Of a stretch of DNA of 12,755 nt, positions 1 through 6,490 are shown in pieces. Both the position numbers and the translations under genes were made by a program. This DNA is from Thermincola sp. GTDB lineage: Bacteria; Bacillota; Thermincolia; Thermincolales; UBA2595. The notes below the pieces were generated by a model. It saw only the letters and a list, made by a program, of their open reading frames with translations. It did not search any database and was not told the origin of the DNA. Where the stretch lies: positions 19,246 through 32,000 of the forward strand of contig JAVSMW010000003.1 of NCBI GenBank assembly GCA_032027005.1. The letters are read 5' to 3'. Position 1 is the first letter of the stretch, and every line of letters begins with the position of its first letter.

Positions 1-336
1 GATGGCAGTTGAATCCCTGCCTGCAGTCCCGCGGTTAAGCACGGCGGCTGACAGGCTCCTCTCCTGTTGCTGAACAGTAGATGTCACGATATCATAAGGT
101 ATTTCTTCCAGGCTGCCACCGCTTGTTTTTACTACCCTGACATCTCGCAAATCAGCTGCAGCCTGTTCCGCCAGCGGTCCGGTCACTTCCACCAGGGCAT
201 AGCCCTTGGCAGTGTCACCAGTTGTAATTTCGCCAAACTGCTGCCACTGACTCACGGTGAACTCAGCCAAAGCCGGCACCGTCATAACACCGAGCAGGGC
301 CCAAATCATGACTAATCCAATAAGTGCTTTTTTCAA
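1..336 (-). CDS. Partial CDS (first 112 codons, continues beyond position 1): secreted protein, DUF3999-like
   Basis: This ORF is absent from the supplied track because it has no stop inside the window. My own translation of the minus strand is open from 336 down to 1. TTG at 336..334 has AAGGGGG 7 nt upstream. The product starts MKKALIGLVMIWALLGVMTVPALA/EF, a typical Sec signal peptide with an A-L-A cleavage site. The mature part (KGYALVEVTGPLAEQAAADLRDVRVVKTSGGSLEEIPYDIV) resembles the N-terminal region I recall for DUF3999, the usual neighbour of DUF2339. The TTG start overlaps the upstream TGA stop (TTGA). Confidence 0.5.
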   Translation of the reverse strand, partial: MKKALIGLVMIWALLGVMTVPALAEFTVSQWQQFGEITTGDTAKGYALVEVTGPLAEQAAADLRDVRVVKTSGGSLEEIPYDIVTSTVQQQERSLSAAVLNRGTAGRDSTAI

Positions 337-2555
337 TGTGACGCCCCCTTATCCTGCTGCGCAGGCGGCTGACCGAAGATGCGGTCTTTGTGGCTCTGGT
401 ACAGGTAAGAAACCACCACCAGCAGAGCACCTAAAACGATAAAGGAAATTATCCTGTAAATAGTATCCAGGTTAGCCAGGTCAAAAAGGAAGACCTTGAC
501 AATGGTGACTGCAAAAATAACAATGGCCATCAGACGCAAAGGGCGGTTTTTCCGGATAAACCCGGCAACCATCAGACCTATGGCATACAGCGTCCAGATT
601 ACCGATAGGGTCATCTGAATGGCATTGCCGGTGTCAACACCCAGCCCCAGGCTCTCTCCCCAGGAATTATAAAATCCGGCAGCTTCCAGACTCAGGTAAG
701 CTAAAGCCATCAGATTTGCCACAACCGCAGCCCCAGCAGAAACAGCGGCAGCAAATACTGCAGGGCCCCCTGGACGCGGGGATTTTCCAGCGAAATAAAG
801 AGCCGCCGCAATTCCGGCAAAATATGTGATAGAATGCCAGCTCAGTATGGGCCAGTAGCGCAAATCACTGTCAAAATAGATGGCTGCCCCGGGGCCGTAG
901 GCCAGGATAATACCATACACAATACTCATCAAGCCCACAACTCGCGTGCCTGTGGAACTATTCCGCGCGGCCAGCCAGGTTAGAACTATTCCGGTCAAAA
1001 ACCAAATTACGGCCACTGCCAGGGACTTAGCCTCCTGGGCGGGAAATTGGCTGCCAAACAATGAGGTTCCCCATTGTCCGCAGAAGTACAGGGTCTCCAG
1101 GCTGAGATAGCCCGCTGTCAAGGCCGTCCCCAGGACTAAAAACCCCTGCCACCAGGTCTTTTCGTCTTCCAGCACAGTTTCCCGGCCCCGGTAATACAAA
1201 TAGCTGATGATAAAAACACCGGCAATACACGCTACAAAGGGCAGCATATGGATATTGGCCAGGGGCCAAAATGGGTTCACAGGCTGGTAATAGTAAGCAT
1301 TCAAATACACCTGGGCGTCAAAAGTTAACCGGTATAAAGCGATTCCCAATACAGCCAGGGCGGATATCCTCAATGAACGGCTCCTGTTGTAACATCCCAG
1401 AGCCAGCAGGGTTGCCGCTTCTATGGCCCAGGCCACAGTAATCCATGTGCCGTGCAGTTGGAGCGGCATGGTCACGGTCAGAAAAACTACCGCAACACCC
1501 CACAGGCTCAATACCAGGAAACGGTCTTCTCTGTTGCGGAGCCAAGCCAAATAACCCATGATAAAGTAAATCAGGGCCATAGCAAAGGGCAGAAAGCCAA
1601 TATAACGGTCATAAAGAGAAGTGAGGTTTACATAGCTCAGGAAGAAGAAAACCGAAGCATTAGCTATGATCAGGAACAGGTCATCTCTTTGAGTCCTGAT
1701 CCGATGCATAACATTATAGAAGATAGCCAGACAGGCGAAAATAGCAAAAAACAAGGTGTAGAAAACCTGATTGGTCCAGACAGCCTGGTTAGAATATGGG
1801 CCGGCCATCCAGATAAGCAGAATCAGAATAGTAAAGGCGAAGCTGATGATATTAATGGAACGCCATTTTTTGAAATAAGCCAGGGCCAGGATGCCGCAAT
1901 CCAATAATGCTATGTAGCTGAACAACCCAATCTGATTAGGAACCCCGGTACTGAGAAAAAACGGGGTCAAAAAGCCGCCGATTATGCCCAAAATAGCGAT
2001 GGCGAAAGCATCATACCTGACTGCCAGCAAAACCGCTGTTATGGTTATCATTATCATAATTCCAAAAGCCGGTAACTGGCCTAAAAGGTGATACAAAGAA
2101 AAAGCAGCAAAAATTGCAAAATATAGGGCTGCTATGCCACCCCCGGTCAAACCCTGGGCGAAAATTTTAAGCTCCTTGCGCTGGGCTTTTTCCCCGCCGG
2201 CCAGCAGCCCCAGCCCCGCCAGAATGCCGATAATTACACGGCCAGCAGGACCTATCCAATTATTGTCAAAGGAATATTTCAGAAAAAACCCCAAGCCAAA
2301 GATAAAAGCAACAATACCGATCCGGTTAAGCCAGGTCCCGCCAATCTTCGCTTCGTTTAATTCTGCGGCCAGCCCGTTAGCAGCCAGCTTCCTTACACCC
2401 TGCTTCAGCCGTTCAACGGGGTTAACTCCGGACGGCTCTTTTCGAAGGGTGTCTTTTAATACCCCTGACCTGGCTTTCGTCTCATGCGTTCCTGTTGCCT
2501 CCCCGGCTTGCAGGCGTTCCAGGATCATTTTATTCTCCGCCTCCAGACTCGCCAC
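333..2555 (-). CDS. Large polytopic membrane protein, DUF2339-like (740 aa as tracked; the true start may be upstream)
   Basis: The ORF track gives 333..2555 with a GTG start. A charged, heptad-like soluble N-terminus (LEAENKMILERLQAGE...) is followed by more than 20 hydrophobic helices arranged in repeating modules. No catalytic motif was recognised. The architecture matches my memory of DUF2339. The start codon is ambiguous (see finding). Confidence 0.8.
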   Translation of the reverse strand: MASLEAENKMILERLQAGEATGTHETKARSGVLKDTLRKEPSGVNPVERLKQGVRKLAANGLAAELNEAKIGGTWLNRIGIVAFIFGLGFFLKYSFDNNWIGPAGRVIIGILAGLGLLAGGEKAQRKELKIFAQGLTGGGIAALYFAIFAAFSLYHLLGQLPAFGIMIMITITAVLLAVRYDAFAIAILGIIGGFLTPFFLSTGVPNQIGLFSYIALLDCGILALAYFKKWRSINIISFAFTILILLIWMAGPYSNQAVWTNQVFYTLFFAIFACLAIFYNVMHRIRTQRDDLFLIIANASVFFFLSYVNLTSLYDRYIGFLPFAMALIYFIMGYLAWLRNREDRFLVLSLWGVAVVFLTVTMPLQLHGTWITVAWAIEAATLLALGCYNRSRSLRISALAVLGIALYRLTFDAQVYLNAYYYQPVNPFWPLANIHMLPFVACIAGVFIISYLYYRGRETVLEDEKTWWQGFLVLGTALTAGYLSLETLYFCGQWGTSLFGSQFPAQEAKSLAVAVIWFLTGIVLTWLAARNSSTGTRVVGLMSIVYGIILAYGPGAAIYFDSDLRYWPILSWHSITYFAGIAAALYFAGKSPRPGGPAVFAAAVSAGAAVVANLMALAYLSLEAAGFYNSWGESLGLGVDTGNAIQMTLSVIWTLYAIGLMVAGFIRKNRPLRLMAIVIFAVTIVKVFLFDLANLDTIYRIISFIVLGALLVVVSYLYQSHKDRIFGQPPAQQDKGASH

Positions 2556-2653
2556 CCGCAGCTCAAGCTCCTGAAGCTTCGACTCAATCTCAGACAGATT
2601 AATCCCCCCTTTATAGTTGTTCTCTCTTGAAAAATCAATATTCTTTGCAGATA

Positions 2654-2706
2654 ATTATACCACAGAGCTAACTATGTCTCTGTGTCTCCGTGTTCTCTGT
2701 GGTATA
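2654..2706 (-). promoter_or_regulatory. Candidate extended -10 promoter (TGgTATAAT) for the DUF2339 operon, embedded in a 12-bp perfect inverted repeat and a CTCYGTG repeat array
   Basis: The minus strand reads TGGTATAAT, with the -10 at 2659..2654 and the TG at 2662..2661. Arms TATACCACAGAG (2656..2667) and CTCTGTGGTATA (2695..2706) are perfect reverse complements separated by 27 bp. The plus strand carries tandem TCTCTGTG (2677..2684), TCTCCGTG (2685..2692) and TCTCTGTG (2694..2701), plus one inverted copy in the left arm. Confidence 0.35.
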
Positions 2707-2761
2707 TTTTATAGTTCCCCGGCCCGATTCTCTGCGTTTTCTTTAAGGCCCCGTTCCCCCC

Positions 2762-2803
2762 AAAAAAGATTACTTATGATAATATTCGTAAACATCATTA
2801 AGT
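2762..2803 (-). terminator. Possible intrinsic terminator after the GT39 gene (AT-rich stem)
   Basis: The minus strand reads ACTTAATGAT-gtttacgaatatt-ATCATAAGT (9 bp with one bulge), followed by aatCTTTTTTg. It begins 9 nt after the stop codon at 2812. The stem has almost no GC, so it is weak. Confidence 0.4.
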
Positions 2804-2811
2804 TTCCGTCC

Positions 2812-4053
2812 CTACCTTTTGTCATTTGGCTGACTTATACCCGGCAAAGCAACCATGTAAGCCGCCAGAATTATAAGCAGCTGCACTACGGGATATGAAT
2901 ACCTCGGTGCGCTCAGGTATACAAGGTGTAAGGCAGTAAAATAACCGCTGACCAGTAAAAAAAGCAAGGTCACGCCTCTCGAGCCTTTTCGCCATAAACC
3001 GGCGATTACACCCCCGGTGCCCAATAACAGCATAATTCTATGAAACAGGTCAACCCACCTGCCAGACAGATAAGTCAACTCTTTATAATAGTAAGGCTCA
3101 CCCCAGAAATTTGCAAATTTCCCTATGGTGTACCAGTGCAGGTAAACACGGAAATTATTCCGAAAACCGGTAATTAAGCGTTTTTCTCCATATTCCATCT
3201 GAGCTCTGTCTGATAAAATCCGGTTTCCTTCTACCCAGGGAAACCTTTCGTCGATTATGTCATTTACATAGGTTCCCCGTAAAAACGGGTTACCGCCAGA
3301 AACAGTAAAAGGTATAAACTCATGATAAATTATATAGTTTCTAACTATCCAAGGAGTAAGGCATAGACCGATAACGGCTCCCATGACCAGAACACTCACC
3401 CCGGCTTTTCTGAAGGAGTATCCTCTCAAAATAAGAAAGACACCAAAGACGATTGGCAGCAGACCGCTGGTCGGCCTAAAATAGGTGGCTAAAGCCAGGA
3501 CTATACCGGTAACCAGATACCACCTTAGGTTTTTGCTGTCTTCAGCACGCATAAAAACGAGCAAACTTAACAACAACAGGCAGGTAAATACCGTCTCAGT
3601 CAACAAAAAACAGGGGGCAGTCAAGTTGGGAGGATATACAGCCGTAAAAACCGCGGCCAGAAAGCCTACCCTTCGCCCGCCCAGGCGGAAGCCCAGCTTA
3701 AAGGTTATCCAGACACCAATAACGCTCACTGCTGCCTGAAACAACCTGGCTGCCAGCCAACTTGGTGACCCAACCAGCCAAAAGATTCCAGCCAAGAGTA
3801 ATGGATAACCCGGCATGATAAAAACTGTAAGTTCCTTCCACCCGCCATAAGTAAGGATCCCACTTCGCAGCAGTGTTTCCGCAGTCTCCCGGTAATTATC
3901 GTCATCTGTCCCTAGAAACATGCGGCTGCCATCAGTAAAAAGCACCAATAGCCGGAGAACCAGGGCCCCGGCGGAAATTAAAAGCAATAGCCTGTTATCA
4001 AGCCAAAAACTGCCCATCAATGCTTTCTTGTAATAATTTATATGTACCGACAT
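2812..4053 (-). CDS. GT-C fold glycosyltransferase, family 39/83-like (ArnT/PMT_2 type, lipid-linked sugar donor), 413 aa
   Basis: The tracked ORF is 2812..4077 with a GTG start. I place the start at ATG 4053 because AGGAGTGG lies 10 nt upstream. The protein is polytopic, with about 10-12 helices. Its first external loop carries an acidic motif (FLGTDDDNYRETAETLLRSGILTYGG), as in ArnT/PMT-family enzymes. Confidence 0.8.
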   Translation of the reverse strand: MSVHINYYKKALMGSFWLDNRLLLLISAGALVLRLLVLFTDGSRMFLGTDDDNYRETAETLLRSGILTYGGWKELTVFIMPGYPLLLAGIFWLVGSPSWLAARLFQAAVSVIGVWITFKLGFRLGGRRVGFLAAVFTAVYPPNLTAPCFLLTETVFTCLLLLSLLVFMRAEDSKNLRWYLVTGIVLALATYFRPTSGLLPIVFGVFLILRGYSFRKAGVSVLVMGAVIGLCLTPWIVRNYIIYHEFIPFTVSGGNPFLRGTYVNDIIDERFPWVEGNRILSDRAQMEYGEKRLITGFRNNFRVYLHWYTIGKFANFWGEPYYYKELTYLSGRWVDLFHRIMLLLGTGGVIAGLWRKGSRGVTLLFLLVSGYFTALHLVYLSAPRYSYPVVQLLIILAAYMVALPGISQPNDKR

Positions 4054-4089
4054 AAAACAGCCACTCCTACTGAACACAACCCGGCAATT

Positions 4090-4818
4090 TCATTGGCGGG
4101 CCTTATAATAACGAATTCCCCGCAAGCTGAGAATGCAGGCTACCAGCCAAAAGCTGCCTGCGGCAAATCCGGCCAGCACATCACTTGGATAGTGCACACC
4201 CAGGTAAATCCGGCTAATCCCGATTGCTAACACGGTTGTACCTAAGAAAAATGTTAAAAGCCACTTGAACCGTTTACCCGGGAAATCCAACCATAATAAA
4301 TAAATTAATAATCCGTAAAAAATATAACTCAACATGGAATGTCCACTTGGGAAACTAAGACCTGTAACTGCAACGAGATGCGGCAAATCCGGCCGCTGCC
4401 GGTGGAACAGAAATTTTAGAGCCTCATTGAGGATTATTCCCCCTAACAGGGAAACCGGAACCAGCGCCGTGTCAAAAAAATGCCGCCGTCTTAATCCGGT
4501 ATAAAGCATAACCACTATCCCAATACCAATCAAAACACCCGGTGACCCCAAATTGGATATTTCCTTCATAATTGAGGTCATCTTAACTGAGCTAAAATTC
4601 TGAATATACCCTGTCGCAGTTGTATCAAAAGCCAACAGTTCATTGGCTAGGAGGTCTTCCGAGAGTTTGGCAAAGCCCAACAAAGAGAGCAAACCAAGGG
4701 CCAGACCGAATGCCAGTTTATAGGAAAAAGGCCCAAAAGTCCCCAGTTTACATTCAAGATAAGACACTAAGTATGCAATAATATGTAATAAACTATTATT
4801 CCGTCTATCAATCCGCAT
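4090..4818 (-). CDS. PAP2-superfamily membrane phosphatase (undecaprenyl-diphosphatase / phosphatidic acid phosphatase type 2), 242 aa
   Basis: All three PAP2 signature motifs are present: KFLFHRQRP (KxxxxxxRP), PSGH and SRIYLGVHYPSD (SRxxxxxHxxxD). I place the start at ATG 4818 (GAGGGGGA 7 nt upstream) rather than the tracked TTG at 4896, which lacks an SD. The stop lies 36 nt before the GT39 start, so the two genes probably form an operon. Confidence 0.9.
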   Translation of the reverse strand: MRIDRRNNSLLHIIAYLVSYLECKLGTFGPFSYKLAFGLALGLLSLLGFAKLSEDLLANELLAFDTTATGYIQNFSSVKMTSIMKEISNLGSPGVLIGIGIVVMLYTGLRRRHFFDTALVPVSLLGGIILNEALKFLFHRQRPDLPHLVAVTGLSFPSGHSMLSYIFYGLLIYLLWLDFPGKRFKWLLTFFLGTTVLAIGISRIYLGVHYPSDVLAGFAAGSFWLVACILSLRGIRYYKARQ

Positions 4819-4942
4819 CCCAGAATCCCCCTCACCAGAGTAAAAATTACTGTAACTTATCTGTCTTTCAACCCGCATATTACTTATGTTTCTCAATTAT
4901 CTCCAAAACTAGACTTATCTTTAATCTGGGAATTTCTTTCTA

Positions 4943-4980
4943 CCAAAAGAAAAGCAGGTGGTCCAAGTCTCCCACCTACT
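4943..4980 (-). terminator. Rho-independent terminator of mazEF
   Basis: On the minus strand a 9-bp GC-rich stem, AGUAGGUGG / CCACCUGCU, has a 10-nt loop (GAGACUUGGA) and is followed by UUUUCUUUU. It starts 3 nt after the mazF TAA stop. Confidence 0.75.
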
Positions 4981-4982
4981 CC

Positions 4983-5333
4983 TTAAATATCAATCAACCC
5001 CAGCGAAATTTCAACCGCCTGATTGACCCTATTCATCGAATCCTCATTTAAAACAGTTATTTTTTCCTTTAGCCGGCTCTTATCTATTGTACGGATCTGT
5101 TCCAGGAGAATCACCGAGTCTTTTTCAAGGCCGCTGGTTTTCGAAGTGACCTCTACATGAGTCGGAAGCTTCGCTTTGCTTATCTGTGAGGTTACCGCTG
5201 CAACTATGGTGGTTGGGCTATACTGGTTACCGATATCATTTTGCAGCACCAAAACAGGTCTCGTCCCGCCCTGTTCTGAACCTACGACAGGACTCAGGTC
5301 GGCAAAAAATATATCCCCGCGTCGAATCATCAT
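4983..5333 (-). CDS. mazF: MazF/PemK-family endoribonuclease toxin (Bacillus NdoA/EndoA type), 116 aa
   Basis: The protein is near-collinear with B. subtilis NdoA as I remember it: [32 protein letters not shown], [23 protein letters not shown] and a C-terminal SLxLIDx. The length is the same (116 aa). It lies 3 nt downstream of the antitoxin stop. Confidence 0.95.
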   Translation of the reverse strand: MMIRRGDIFFADLSPVVGSEQGGTRPVLVLQNDIGNQYSPTTIVAAVTSQISKAKLPTHVEVTSKTSGLEKDSVILLEQIRTIDKSRLKEKITVLNEDSMNRVNQAVEISLGLIDI

Positions 5334-5336
5334 TCT

Positions 5337-5612
5337 TTATTCATCCTCCACCAGGTGCCCATCATAAAGTTTGCTGACCTCATGCTCCAGGGCGAAGTTT
5401 TCTCCGGCCAGAGCCAGATTGATTTTGGCCATTTCCATATATCCCTTTTTCATCTGTTCTCTTATTGTTCTCCTTTTCCGTTCTTGAATATAAAGCTTCA
5501 TGGCTTCGCGAATAAATTCGCTTCTGTTGAGCTTCTCGGCCGCAACAATACCATCCACTTCGCGCAATAAATTATCAGGGAGGCTGATCATAATCTTTTT
5601 AACTTCCGCCAC
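5337..5612 (-). CDS. mazE: MazE/NdoAI-type ribbon-helix-helix (CopG-like) antitoxin, 91 aa
   Basis: The N-terminal RHH strand (KIMISLPDNLLREVD) and the RRTIREQMKKGYMEMAKINL segment match B. subtilis EndoAI (RGYMEMAKINL) from memory. I place the start at GTG 5612, with TAGGAGGTG 7 nt upstream. The tracked start at 5669 lies inside the promoter repeats and is rejected. Confidence 0.9.
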   Translation of the reverse strand: MAEVKKIMISLPDNLLREVDGIVAAEKLNRSEFIREAMKLYIQERKRRTIREQMKKGYMEMAKINLALAGENFALEHEVSKLYDGHLVEDE

Positions 5613-5645
5613 CAAATGGCACCTCCTAAGCAAAGCGTGCAATCG

Positions 5646-5685
5646 TATATACCATATTATATACCACACTATATACCACTGTCAA
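5646..5685 (-). promoter_or_regulatory. mazEF promoter (TTGACA-N18-TATAAT) overlaid by three 12-bp-phased direct repeats TGGTATATA (putative antitoxin operator)
   Basis: The minus strand reads TTGACA (5685..5680) gTGGTATATAgtgTGGTATATAataTGGTATATAcg. On the plus strand, TATATACCA occurs at 5646..5654, 5658..5666 and 5670..5678. TATAAT lies at the junction of repeats 2 and 3 in minus-strand order. Confidence 0.6.
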
Positions 5686-5710
5686 TAAATCTGTGTCGAT
5701 TCTTAATATA

Positions 5711-5744
5711 CATTTGGCCCTGTATTTAATAACCGGACCAAATG
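5711..5744 (-). terminator. Weak hairpin after the GXGXG gene (possible leaky terminator or RNA-stabilising stem)
   Basis: The minus strand forms CAUUUGGUCC / GGGCCAAAUG (10 bp including one G-U pair) with a 14-nt loop. The downstream tract UAUAUUAAG is only moderately U-rich. Confidence 0.3.
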
Positions 5745-5746
5745 GC

Positions 5747-6490
5747 CTAAAATGCTGCGTAAAGGTTGCCATAAGGGCGATGGGATACAGGGGCAAGTTT
5801 GAAAAATTTTTCCTTCCTCACATCATCATAGTCTATACCAAAATCATTACAATATTCACGCAGATATTTTTCAAGTTTCTCTTCATCATCCCGGCCCAAT
5901 TCAAAAACTGACACTTCCCGGCCTAGTCTCGTCTCATCCACTTCGCCCCTGACATAAATAACGCCACCATGCATGCCGGTTCCCAAATAATCTCCCGCTA
6001 TCGGCTCACCATCCGCACGGTTCAGGCCAAGGATTATTAAAACTCCGCCGGCCATGTATTCACCCAGGAAACTTCCGGCCCTGCCGCCGATGACGATTAC
6101 CGGTACATGGTCCTGGTATTCTTTCATATGGATTCCCACACGGTAACCAACATCACTTTTTATAAAGAGTTTGCCACCCCGCATAGCATACCCCAGAACA
6201 TCCCCGGCATGACCATGAACTACAATTTTGCCGGCATTCATGGTGTTTCCGATGGCGTCCTGCCCGTTATCACGGACTATAATGTTAGAACCATTCAGAT
6301 ATGCTCCCAGGTCGTTGCCGGGAACACCTTCAATCTCAAATTCCACCGGTTTATTCAGACGGGTTCCGATATATCTCTGTCCATTGACATTTTTCAGGAC
6401 TACTTTTGTGGCCCCATCATTCACAGCTTGTTGAATCATTTCGTTTAACTGCCTGTAATAAATCCCCTTGGCATCTATGGTCCTGGTCAT
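5747..6490 (-). CDS. Glutamate synthase GXGXG-repeat domain protein (GltB C-terminal domain / FwdC-like beta-helix), 247 aa
   Basis: Repeated G-x-x-G-x-x-x-G beta-helix turns are present: HGHAGDVLGYAMRGGKLFI, IGGRAGSFLGEYMAGGVLIILG and GDYLGTGMHGGVIYVRG. The ATG overlaps the upstream TAA by 1 nt (TAATG). Confidence 0.9.
   Translation of the reverse strand: MTRTIDAKGIYYRQLNEMIQQAVNDGATKVVLKNVNGQRYIGTRLNKPVEFEIEGVPGNDLGAYLNGSNIIVRDNGQDAIGNTMNAGKIVVHGHAGDVLGYAMRGGKLFIKSDVGYRVGIHMKEYQDHVPVIVIGGRAGSFLGEYMAGGVLIILGLNRADGEPIAGDYLGTGMHGGVIYVRGEVDETRLGREVSVFELGRDDEEKLEKYLREYCNDFGIDYDDVRKEKFFKLAPVSHRPYGNLYAAF

Noticed and set aside
67-442. Plus-strand ORFs 67..315 (82 aa) and 257..442 (61 aa).
   Set aside because: They are antisense to the signal-peptide-bearing minus-strand frame (1..336) and to the end of the DUF2339 gene. 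They have no SD, and their products are low-complexity and non-protein-like, so they are shadow ORFs.
1027-2574. ORFs inside the DUF2339 gene: 1027..1269(-), 1318..1545(-), 1452..1907(+) and 2134..2574(+).
   Set aside because: They lie in alternative frames or antisense to a long, clearly membrane-protein-coding frame. Their products are P/R/S/G-rich shadow translations with no start context.
2617-2898. Plus-strand 93-aa ORF spanning the 2604-2811 intergenic region and the 3' end of the GT39 gene.
   Set aside because: It has no SD and runs through the inverted-repeat/promoter element and the terminator on the opposite strand. Its product has no recognisable features, so the region is better explained as regulatory DNA.
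3485-4230. Plus-strand ORFs 3485..3739 and 4042..4230.
   Set aside because: They are antisense shadows of the GT39 and PAP2 genes.
5176-5911. Plus-strand ORFs 5176..5367, 5186..5377, 5355..5570, 5500..5688 and 5693..5911.
   Set aside because: They are antisense to mazF, mazE, the promoter region and the GXGXG gene, whose minus-strand products have strong family signatures.
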